Assembly (NCBI GenBank): GCA_963700285.1
Contig: CAVOXA010000002.1
Span: 1-25,744, forward strand
Reading direction: 5' to 3'
DNA from: an uncultured Chloroflexia bacterium
GTDB lineage: Bacteria; Chloroflexota; Anaerolineae; JAAYZQ01
Length of the DNA: 25,744 nt
The notes beneath the pieces are model-generated. The model was not told the origin of the DNA. It did no database searches and saw nothing but the letters and a program-made list of their open reading frames with translations. Below are positions 1 to 7,778 of this stretch, in pieces. Position 1 is the first letter of the stretch. Each line of letters starts with the position of its first letter. The position numbers and the translations under genes are program-made.

Positions 1-287
1 CAGGAATCGCGGCTCAGCCTCATCGCCTGTTCGTATGCTGGCATCGCGCCCGGCATATCACCGGCGGCGACACATGCATAACCATAAGTGTGGTGCACAT
101 CAGGCACGCTGGGATGGGACAAGCGTGCTGGCTCCAGGAACTCGATGGCTTCCTGAGCGCGTCCGCGCTCTATCAGCATCTCAGCCTGCTCAAGAATCCT
201 TTGCACTGACAACGATGGCTGGCGTGGCCGTCGTGATCGCGAGGTGGGTCGCGGTTTGCGCTGTTTCCTGCTCTTTTGCTTGCTCAA
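1..287 (-). CDS. Tetratricopeptide-repeat-like protein, 5' part (runs off the window)
   Basis: TTG start at 287 after GGAGGG. Open frame to the window edge reads MSKQKSRKQRKPR...ILEQAEMLIERGRAQEAIEFLE...HHTYGYACVAAGDMPGAMPAYEQAMRLS, a TPR-like helix pattern. Not in the ORF track because there is no stop in the window. Confidence 0.65.
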   Translation of the reverse strand, partial: MSKQKSRKQRKPRPTSRSRRPRQPSLSVQRILEQAEMLIERGRAQEAIEFLEPARLSHPSVPDVHHTYGYACVAAGDMPGAMPAYEQAMRLSRDS

Positions 288-478
288 GGTTTCCCTCCAA
301 GCCTTTCTGGGGCATCGCTGTCTCTTGGGCGCCAGCCACCCTAGCCCGGAACCGCGATAACCGCGGTAAATGCGGCGACTTGCTACCCCTTCGATTTTAG
401 GAGGCAGTGTTGCCTCATGGGCACTTGCTGACAGGAGGCAAACATATGCCCCATATCCCGGTAGAACCGCGAACTGCA

Positions 479-497
479 CCACTGCCAGAGGCAGTGG
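479..497. repeat. Small perfect hairpin, IS200/IS605-end or REP-like
   Basis: CCACTGCC-AGA-GGCAGTGG, 8 bp stem in an intergenic region. Confidence 0.4.
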
Positions 498-519
498 GTT
501 CAACGCTCACTAAAAACAG

Positions 520-682
520 CTAGTAGTTCTTCAGGGTGAAAATGCCGTACTTGTCATTGCGAGCGTGGCGCAGCAATCCCCACGGAATCGTGAGAAACCG
601 ATAGATTAGCGCAAATGGGGATTTCTTCGTCACTTCGCTCCTCGCAATGACACCTATCACAACCATGTTGGACAGGTACTAG
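520..682. mobile_element. MITE-like element bounded by CTAG with imperfect terminal inverted repeats
   Basis: Left end CTAGTAGTTCTTCA; reverse complement of right end CTAGTACCTGTCCA (10/14). CTAGTA ends as in the IS701 at 7779-9287. Confidence 0.45.
552..652. repeat. REP-like palindromic element (GTCATTGCGAG type)
   Basis: Perfect 12 bp inverted repeat TGTCATTGCGAG (552-563) / CTCGCAATGACA (641-652), with inner AATCCCCA/TGGGGATT arms. Confidence 0.8.
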
Positions 683-698
683 GTTCAGCAGTTCAAAT

Positions 699-1611
699 TC
701 AGCTAGAAATGTGTTTTATATATCCGTCCAGCATGTGCCAGGGTTTGAAGCCACAGGCTTGGTAGAGCCCTCGGGCAGCTTCGTTATGCCCAAAATGAGC
801 AACCGTTGCGAATTCCATCCCGGCGGCCGCCATCTGCTGCATACCGTACAGAATTATCGCCCGCCCAAAACCACGGCGTCTATGATCCTTGTGCGTGCCA
901 ACCGGTTCGAACAGTCCGGTGCGGTTCAGATGATCATACCAGATGACGGTGAAGGCCGCGAAGGTACCATCCGGAGCTTGGATGACCAACTCCCGTTCGG
1001 GCGCATAGCCCGGGGACTCCATGACTTGCCGGTACAACTCAGGGGTCCAGCCCACCCCGAAGGAGGCGTTATGCACCTCAGCCAGGGCGGCAGCATCTTC
1101 AATACCGTTAGCCGACCGGAACGAGTAACCATCCGGGAGAGCAGGCACATCAATGGAATTTATTTCGGTGCGGTTCAATACATAGGGTAATTCATTGTCT
1201 GACTTCCCAGCCCAATGCCGCGAGAAGTTCAACTCGAGCTGTGTCACCCCGAAATGCATCCGCGTAGATGCAGTCACCAGCAATATCATACCGCCGCATT
1301 AGTTCTACAGTGCGTTCATCGGCATATTCCAGAACTTCTCGTTCGAAATCATCACCCCGCAGATCTGGGCGCACCTGGGCATCATAACTCTTATGACGGG
1401 GTCCCACCAGCAGCCACGCGGCCACCCCTTGATCATCCTCCCAAATCGTCATGAGTTCAGCGGGATCATAATATTTGTTGCCATTATAAATGTGATGGGG
1501 GATGTCTCCGGGATGGAGATATCCGCAGTGATCGGTCGCGGCGATCGCCGCGGCATTAAAATCTTGGAGCAGTGTAAGATCGGCTTCTCCGGTATAAGTG
1601 CGTCTTATCAT
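699..1611 (-). pseudogene. GNAT family N-acetyltransferase, split by one frameshift near 1205 (real or sequencing error)
   Basis: ORF 1192..1611 (…LAALGWE) continues in another frame as DNELPYVLNR…FEPVGTHKDHRRRGFG…NEAARGLYQACGF (acetyl-CoA binding motifs). Confidence 0.8.
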
Positions 1612-1638
1612 ACTGCTTGATCCTTCACAGATTTTTCG

Positions 1639-1711
1639 TGATTACGCCGCGCATCAGCGACAAACCAAAGGCGTTGCCTTTGGTTTGTCCGGCTGCATGC
1701 GCTTGTTATGT
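1639..1711 (-). other. Integron attC site (73 bp)
   Basis: Minus strand ACATAAC (contains the TAA stop of the upstream gene)-AAGC-GCATGCAGCCGGAC…GTCGCTGATGC-GCGGC-GTAATCA. Extra-helical bases are in the left arm; perfect 14 bp inner stem 1659-1672/1676-1689; R' is GTA rather than GTT. Confidence 0.85.
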
Positions 1712-2260
1712 GGCTCCTTCTGCACGCCAATATCCAGGATAAACAGTCGCAAAACCATCTGAGCGAATTTCAAGAATACTGGTAAATTTACTCCCAGGTG
1801 ATTGGTAACGATATTGAGTGCCAGTCAGTCGGGTGTAGATTTGTTCCGAGGGAACCAAGGACAAGCTTGGAAACTGGAGCCAGGCTACTTTTATTTTTGC
1901 AGATTCCCCTTCATCCAGTGAAAGCCTTCTGATGGGAAGCAGATTGGTTGACGGACTGAAACCCAGGTCGATATCGATACAACCCTCAGTTCCGGGGTGT
2001 TCTGTTCCATTGATACACCAGGTACCCTCAGATACCTCAATCTCGTAGCTACATTGGCTAATTCCAATGTGGCCAAATACTTTCACGGATTGTGTAAGCC
2101 AATATTCATCGCAATAGATGGTATAGCCGAAACCACAATTCTGGTGCTCATCTTGGAATACCGCGAAACCAGATAGCCTCCACCCACTGGTGATCTTTTC
2201 TAGCAGCGCGCTTTCACAGCCAGGAACATCCAGGCGGCGCCATAGAATTGCTGTCTTCAT
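1706..2260 (-). CDS. Putative glycolipid-binding domain protein
   Basis: ILWRRLDVPGCE, GCIDIDLGFSPSTNLLPIRRL, EQIYTRL…YRYQS, DGFATVYPGYW are typical of this family. ATG at 2260 after GAGAGG; lower GC than its neighbours. Confidence 0.85.
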   Translation of the reverse strand: MKTAILWRRLDVPGCESALLEKITSGWRLSGFAVFQDEHQNCGFGYTIYCDEYWLTQSVKVFGHIGISQCSYEIEVSEGTWCINGTEHPGTEGCIDIDLGFSPSTNLLPIRRLSLDEGESAKIKVAWLQFPSLSLVPSEQIYTRLTGTQYRYQSPGSKFTSILEIRSDGFATVYPGYWRAEGAT

Positions 2261-2293
2261 CTGCAATTCCTCTCAGAATAGCTCTGAGTGCCA

Positions 2294-2332
2294 CTACTCC
2301 CCAATAATCTTGACCAACACCCGTTTCCGTCG
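2294..2332 (-). pseudogene. yjbQ: yjbQ C-terminal remnant (12 codons + stop), copy 3
   Basis: Encodes [12 protein letters not shown], matching the ends of the copies at 5246 and 7250. Downstream CTCAGAGCTAT is shared with the 7250 copy. Confidence 0.85.
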
Positions 2333-2394
2333 CTAGCATCCAGGATTACAAAGGCGCCAAGCCAACCCTGCTCAAACTGACGGATATAGATCGG

Positions 2395-3810
2395 CTATCG
2401 CAGATGCCGCATGGCAGCTCGGGCTGCATGGGTCCCGCACATGCCGTGCACCCCGCCCCCAGGCGGTGTGGAAGACGAGCAGAGATAGAGACCCCGGACG
2501 GGCGTAGTGTAGGGATTCACGCGGACGACAGGCCGGGTGAAGAACTGGCGCAGATCCTGTACTCCTGCGTTGATGTCGCCGCCGACATAGTTGGGATTGT
2601 ACGCCTCCATCTGGCTGGCGTCCATGGTGCTCAGGGCCAGGATCCGGTCCCGAAAGCCGGGAGCAAAGCGTTCGATCTGCGCCTCCACGCGACCGGTCAT
2701 GTCCTCCGTCGAGCTGTGGGGGACGTGACAGTATGCCCAGGCCGTATGCTTGCCTTCTGGCGCGCGGGTAGCATCAAAAAGGCTCTGCTGGGCCAGGATG
2801 ACGTAGGGTCGTTCCGGGTGCTCCCCCTGCCAGACGGCGGCCTCGCTCTCGGTTATCTCCTCCAGGGTGCCGCCCAGGTGCACGGTGCCGGCCCGCAAGC
2901 ACTCCTCTGCCCGCCACGGAATCGGTCCGTCCAGGGCATAGTCGAGCTTGAACACTCCGGGCCCGTAGCGAAAGCGCAACAGGGCATCCCGGTACCCCGC
3001 CGGCAGACGGTCGCCCGAGATCCCGACTAGCGCGCGCGGCGAGGTGTCAAAGAGAGTCGCCCGAGCCTGGGGCAGGTCGTGGGTGGAGTGCACTGGACTG
3101 CCGGTGTGGAATTCCCCGCCCAGCGATTCCAGATGGGCGCCAAGGGCGTCGGCGATCCGCTGCGAGCCGCCGCGCGCTATCGGCCAGCCGATGGCATGTG
3201 ACAGCATGCCGAGGATCAGGCCAATCGCCGCCGTGGCGGGCGACGTCAGGGGGAGCATGGCATGGGCAGCCATGCCCGCAAACACGGCTCGGGCACGCTC
3301 GCCGCGAAAGACCGCTCGTGCCAGGGTGGCGGCAGGCAAAAGCGCGGTCAGCCCAAAACGGGCCATCAGCAGGGCATGCGATGGGAAGCGAAGCGGGCCG
3401 AGGACGTCGTCCAAAAGCCCCTGCCAGCCGTCGACCAGCGGCTCCATGAGCCGCCGGTAGGCGCCTGCATCCGGGCCGAGATTGGCCGCGGTCTGCTCGA
3501 CGGTGCCTTCGACCATCACGGCGGTGCCGTCGTCCAGGGGATGCGCCAGCGAGGCAGGAGGGTAGACCCACTCCAGACCGTGCTGCGCGAGGGGTAGGTC
3601 CCGAAAGAAGGGCGAGGCTACGCCCAGCGGATGGAGGGCCGAGCAGACGTCGTGCATGAAGCCCGGAATGGTCAGTTGGGCCGTGCGGGTGCCCCCGCCG
3701 ATGGTGGGCTTGGCCTCCAGGACGAGGACCGACTTGCCGCCCCGAGCCAGCGTGATGCCAGCAGCCAGGCCATTGGGGCCGGAGCCCACTATCACGGCGT
3801 CGTAGGTCAT
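2395..3810 (-). CDS. NAD(P)/FAD-dependent oxidoreductase, phytoene dehydrogenase-like family
   Basis: MTYDAVIVGSGPNGL Rossmann motif, HDVCSALHP, C-terminal LYLCSSSTPPGGGVHGMCG. ATG overlaps the upstream stop (ATGA). Confidence 0.9.
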   Translation of the reverse strand: MTYDAVIVGSGPNGLAAGITLARGGKSVLVLEAKPTIGGGTRTAQLTIPGFMHDVCSALHPLGVASPFFRDLPLAQHGLEWVYPPASLAHPLDDGTAVMVEGTVEQTAANLGPDAGAYRRLMEPLVDGWQGLLDDVLGPLRFPSHALLMARFGLTALLPAATLARAVFRGERARAVFAGMAAHAMLPLTSPATAAIGLILGMLSHAIGWPIARGGSQRIADALGAHLESLGGEFHTGSPVHSTHDLPQARATLFDTSPRALVGISGDRLPAGYRDALLRFRYGPGVFKLDYALDGPIPWRAEECLRAGTVHLGGTLEEITESEAAVWQGEHPERPYVILAQQSLFDATRAPEGKHTAWAYCHVPHSSTEDMTGRVEAQIERFAPGFRDRILALSTMDASQMEAYNPNYVGGDINAGVQDLRQFFTRPVVRVNPYTTPVRGLYLCSSSTPPGGGVHGMCGTHAARAAMRHLR

Positions 3811-4544
3811 CGTGCGAACAGGCCGCGGACCCAGCGGATGGGCAGGTACAATGTGGTACGCATCGCGGCGTTGTACCAGAGGTTGGTTGCCCTGGCCCAA
3901 TGTATCGTCGGATCCAGTAGGACTGCGTCCTGGTACATCGCCTCGCCCTCGGCGCCAAAGTGGGCGGCCAAGTTGGTCAGCGTGCCTTGCCAGAACTGGT
4001 CTTCCGCCTCAACGGCGAATCCAAGCCGCTGCCCCAGTTCGTACAGCGGATCGCCGGAGCGCAGCATCGCCTGGACCTGCGCCACGGTGACGCCGTCCTC
4101 CTCGTAGGCGCTGAAGGTGATCATGCCGCCGAACATGTGGCCTTCCACGCTCAGGAAACAGAACGACTCCTCGTCGGCATAGGCCACAAAGATGCCGGTG
4201 GCAATGGTCGTGCCCATCGGGCCCGCGAGATTCAGCACGCCAACGTCGCCGAGCTCGATCGGCCTGTCTGCGCCGTAGAAGGTGCTGCCCGGAGGCCAGA
4301 AGCCGGCGAATCGCTCTTTCCATACCCGACAAACCTGAGCGGGGGTCGCCGCTGAGCCAGTCAGGCCGATCTGGTAGGTCCTCAGCCACAGCGGGCCAAA
4401 GCCCTTCATCGGGCCCATAGGGCGCCTGCCCTGAACGTTCAGGTTGATCGCCTCTTTGGGCAGGTCCGGTACACTCAGCCGCTCAACCGGTGTGGCCCAC
4501 TGTCCCTGCGGTCCCGTCTTGAGCTCTGTCTGTTTTTCAGTCAT
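3807..4544 (-). CDS. Conserved hypothetical protein (possibly DUF1990-like), coupled to the STAS gene and the oxidoreductase
   Basis: ATG at 4544 after AAGGAGG; long ORF with motif EGHMFGGMITFS; stop overlaps the next start. Confidence 0.7.
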   Translation of the reverse strand: MTEKQTELKTGPQGQWATPVERLSVPDLPKEAINLNVQGRRPMGPMKGFGPLWLRTYQIGLTGSAATPAQVCRVWKERFAGFWPPGSTFYGADRPIELGDVGVLNLAGPMGTTIATGIFVAYADEESFCFLSVEGHMFGGMITFSAYEEDGVTVAQVQAMLRSGDPLYELGQRLGFAVEAEDQFWQGTLTNLAAHFGAEGEAMYQDAVLLDPTIHWARATNLWYNAAMRTTLYLPIRWVRGLFAR

Positions 4545-4604
4545 GCGCGCCTCCTTGATGGTCACAATGCCGCGGGTCGCGGTGAATGGTGCAGAACCCT
4601 GGCA

Positions 4605-4955
4605 TCACAGGCTCTGCAACGCCTCGGCCTCGCCGGCGTAGACCTCCAACGCCTCATCAAGATAGGTCACCAGGAAGGCCTGCTGCAACGGGACGCCAAG
4701 TCCGCACGCCACCAGGCGCTGCTTCTGGTGTTGGGCACGCGCCAGCAGCGCGATCAACAGCCCAAGGCCAGAGCTGTCCATAGCCTCCACTTCACCAAAG
4801 TTGAGGATGACGGTCTCCGCACCGCCGCTGCTGGCTTCCTGGTACGCAGCCGTCAGCGGCTCTTCGGCAGTGCGGGTGATGGGACCCCGGAGATCGAGGA
4901 TGCGAACCCGGTCGGCCGGTTCGCGGACTGCTACTTCGAGCTTGGCTTGTACCAT
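4605..4955 (-). CDS. STAS domain protein / anti-sigma factor antagonist
   Basis: VILNFGEVEAMDSSGLGLL phosphoacceptor motif; 116 aa; AGGAGG RBS. Confidence 0.9.
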   Translation of the reverse strand: MVQAKLEVAVREPADRVRILDLRGPITRTAEEPLTAAYQEASSGGAETVILNFGEVEAMDSSGLGLLIALLARAQHQKQRLVACGLGVPLQQAFLVTYLDEALEVYAGEAEALQSL

Positions 4956-5245
4956 GCTGGACCCTCCTGTTCAGTTGGCGGACACGGTGTGCCGAGAGAA
5001 TGGCTCCCCGGTGCTCGATCGCGCTGCCAGTGTGTCGGGGCTTGTTGTACGGGATGATCTCATTGTAATCAGTTTTATGAAAAACGCAGCTCCATAAGGA
5101 TGCTTGCGTGTACTTTGTCCAAATCTGTCCTGCGGGTCTCAATCCGGGATCTGAGCCTGTGATGCCCACATGGCTCGCAGCCGGGACAGGTCACCGGCTC
5201 CCTCCGTCGGTCCACCCAAGGCTGAAGCCCATGTTCAGCAGCGAC

Positions 5246-5569
5246 TTATTCACCTATGATCTTGACCAATGCTCGCTTCCGCCGCCGCCCGTCAAACTCG
5301 CCGTAGAAGATGCGCTCCCAGGTGCCAAAGTCGAGGCGGCCGTTGGTCACCGCCACCACCACCTCACGGCCCATCACCTGCCGCTTCAGGTGCGCTTCTG
5401 CATTGTCCTCGCCGGTGCGGTTGTGCCAGTACTGCTCTATCGGCGCGTGTGGTACCAGCTCCTCGAGTCACACCTCGTAATCGTGGTGCAGGCCGCTCTC
5501 GTCATCGTTGATGAACACACTCGAAGTAATGTGCATCGCCGATACAAGGGTCAATACCCTCTTTATCAT
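5246..5569 (-). pseudogene. yjbQ: 5'-truncated yjbQ (UPF0047) with internal TGA, copy 2
   Basis: [37 protein letters not shown]…[17 protein letters not shown]…[18 protein letters not shown]. Trp codon replaced by TGA at 5468-5470. Confidence 0.9.
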
Positions 5570-5691
5570 ATACCACTCTCATGCCCCTGACGGCAGAGGC
5601 CCTGGCGGCCATAGGCCGCGCTCTGAACAACCACAACCGAACCCAACTTCTACGGCTGAAAATGAATCCTGCTGGGGCTCTGCTCGCCGAT
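5570..5691. repeat. Non-coding direct repeat A, upstream of truncated yjbQ
   Basis: Aligns with 7574-7696 (offset 2004 bp), about 85% identity by eye, one indel. Confidence 0.9.
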
Positions 5692-5854
5692 ATTGTACTG
5701 GCAAAGCGAGCAGACAGCATAGTGCAATGACATGGAGTTACCAGAAAGAGTCGTCTTCGCGTTCACGCACAACCCGCAGACGGTACTCGCCGATCATAGT
5801 CGGACGCTTGCTTGCCATCTCTTTTGCCTCAATTACGGACGCATGTTGCCGGGC

Positions 5855-5912
5855 ACCTAACGGGCAGCATAACCCGAGCGCGGAGGGCATCGGCTTCATG
5901 CCGTTGTTGGCC
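5855..5912 (-). other. Integron attC site (58 bp)
   Basis: Minus strand GGCCAAC-AACG-GCATGAAGCCGATGC…GCTCGGGTTATGC-TGCCC-GTTAGGT. Starts 3 nt after the stop of the C45 gene; R' fits GTTRRRY. Confidence 0.9.
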
Positions 5913-5915
5913 GTG

Positions 5916-6965
5916 CTAGGTACACGAATCTGTCCATGGCCACTCAAGTTTTTGCCAGTTTCCCCTGCTTGCTGCTGGATATCCTCCGAATGTGTACCAG
6001 ATTTCGCCGGTACTCGGACATGCCACGTTTGAATATACGGTAATGAGCCGTCCATCGCGTCTTTCAATCGCGTCATCAGCAAGGATCTGAATTAGATCAG
6101 TAGGCAGGTTGGAAGGAGTCTGCGAAGCGGATAATGACTTTACAAGATTCTCCATTTGCGCAAAACGGCTCAAGGTGCCTAGCGGCTCTTTGTCGGCATC
6201 ACTCAAGGTCAGGTCTTCACAGGCGCAAAAATGATTCGTCCCAACGATCCAGCCATTGGACGGCTGCCTTCGATAATGCTTGGAACACATACACTCGAAA
6301 AGCGCGAACTCGTTATCTTTTCCGTCCACAGCAAACAACAACATGCCGCCATCCCTATCTGTTCTGTTGAGAAGCGCTTCGACGTCGCTGATCGTGTGAC
6401 AGAGTTCCAGCGCTTCAGTCAGAAACACATAGGCAGGGACGTGCGGCCTTCCTGGCCTTGGCTCGTCCCAAACAGGTAGAAAATTGTAGTGTAACCACAG
6501 CCTTTCCTTGTTGATGCCGGTTGGGGCAAATACATCACACTCCATACTGAAACAAATTGTTGGAATCCGCCCCTCAACTTCCCGGATTGTCGCATAGCCC
6601 CATAGCTCGGGCACATAGGAGTCGTTATTCCGAGCAATCCAGGCGCACTTGTCAAACAAGGCTACTGCGCCGCTACAGTATATTGACTCGCATTCCTCGA
6701 TATAGGACCACTCGGCAAGCCTCTGCAACGGGAGATTCGCCCCTTTCGCCATGCCTTCCAATTCATCCTGAAACCGTTTCGGCAGACGGCGCAACCATGG
6801 CAGAGCACCTTGATGCAGTTTGATCATGTCGCTGGCGTATTCTCGACCGGCAAGATAGTGGTTGATGGTCTGTTCGAGTTTTGCGCCGAGTGTACGTCCA
6901 GCGGCAAAGCCTATTTCGTATGGATTACCTTTGAAATAGTGGATCCGATCGAGATAATTGTTCAT
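5916..6965 (-). CDS. Peptidase C45 family (Ntn-hydrolase, acyl-CoA:6-APA acyltransferase-like)
   Basis: GNPYEIGFAAG, ELEGMAKGA, putative nucleophile Cys in IYCSG, ARNND, TGIN, VGTNHF. Confidence 0.8.
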   Translation of the reverse strand: MNNYLDRIHYFKGNPYEIGFAAGRTLGAKLEQTINHYLAGREYASDMIKLHQGALPWLRRLPKRFQDELEGMAKGANLPLQRLAEWSYIEECESIYCSGAVALFDKCAWIARNNDSYVPELWGYATIREVEGRIPTICFSMECDVFAPTGINKERLWLHYNFLPVWDEPRPGRPHVPAYVFLTEALELCHTISDVEALLNRTDRDGGMLLFAVDGKDNEFALFECMCSKHYRRQPSNGWIVGTNHFCACEDLTLSDADKEPLGTLSRFAQMENLVKSLSASQTPSNLPTDLIQILADDAIERRDGRLITVYSNVACPSTGEIWYTFGGYPAASRGNWQKLEWPWTDSCT

Positions 6966-7011
6966 CGAAGATAATTGTTTACCGTATCAGGAGTCTTTCC
7001 AACCTCTAACC

Positions 7012-7040
7012 ATTGTACTCCTATTTGGGGTTTCAGGCAA
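7012..7040 (-). promoter_or_regulatory. Sigma70-type promoter
   Basis: TTGCCT-N17-TACAAT on the minus strand, directly followed by GTTAGAG and GTTGGAA, about 45 nt before the C45 start codon. Confidence 0.65.
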
Positions 7041-7134
7041 GCGGTCGATTGGGGAGTTGCGCCTCTCGCGGCGCTGATAGAGACAAGGCTGCTAGCCCAC
7101 CTACATGGGGCCGCCCGGCTCGAGACCACGATTC

Positions 7135-7175
7135 AGGCCGGGGCTGAGAATCAAACTCTCAGCCCCGGCCTTTTT
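7135..7175 (+). terminator. Rho-independent terminator-like hairpin
   Basis: Perfect 15 bp stem AGGCCGGGGCTGAGA / TCTCAGCCCCGGCCT with a 7 nt loop, followed by a T run on the plus strand. Confidence 0.7.
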
Positions 7176-7249
7176 GTCGTACAGACCCTCTCCCTGTTGT
7201 GACACACCAGAGCCATAGGCGATTACGCTCATGATAGCTCTGAGCACCC

Positions 7250-7573
7250 CTACTCCCCGATGAGCTTGACCAGCACCCGCTTCCGCCGCCGCCCGTCGAA
7301 CTCCCCGTAAAAGATCTGCTCCCACGTACCAAAGTCTAACCGCCCATTGGTCACCGCAACCACGACCTCGCGCCCCATCACTTGCCGCTTCAGGTGCGCG
7401 TCGGCATTGTCCTCGCCGGTGCGGTTGTGCTGGTACTGGCTGACCGGCGCGTGCGGCGCGAGCCCCTCCAGCCACTTTTCGTAATCGGCGTGGAGGCCGC
7501 GCTCGTCGTCGTTGATAAAGACCGACGCCGTGATATGCATCGCATTCACCAGGGTCAGTCCCCTCTTTATCAC
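7250..7573 (-). pseudogene. yjbQ: 5'-truncated yjbQ (UPF0047, secondary thiamine-phosphate synthase family), copy 1
   Basis: [63 protein letters not shown]. Only 107 aa, so the usual N-terminal ~30 residues are missing; otherwise open. Confidence 0.9.
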
Positions 7574-7696
7574 ATACCGCTCTCACGCCCCTGACGGCAG
7601 AGGCCATTGGGGCGATAGGCCGCGCCCTGAGTAACCACAGCTGAACCCAACGTCTACGGTTGAGAATGAATCGTGCTGCGGCTTTTGCTCGTCGGT
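7574..7696. repeat. Non-coding direct repeat B, upstream of truncated yjbQ; lies mostly within a possible atypical 141 bp attC (7589-7729)
   Basis: Homologous to 5570-5691. On the minus strand GCCTGAC (contains the DUF1801 stop) pairs with GTCAGGG, and GCCCATT pairs with AATGGC with one extra base. Confidence 0.8.
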
Positions 7697-7778
7697 GCGG
7701 TAAACTCGGGAATGGGCACTTTGTCAGGCGTATCCGACTTCTCTCATCCGCTCCCGCACGATTCTCTCAACCAGTTCC

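Noticed and set aside
5468-5470. In-frame TGA in yjbQ copy 2 as selenocysteine or Trp recoding
   Set aside because: It aligns to Trp, not Cys, and TGA ends many other genes in this window, so a nonsense mutation or base error is simpler.
5108-5590. 160 aa plus-strand ORF
   Set aside because: Antisense of yjbQ copy 2.
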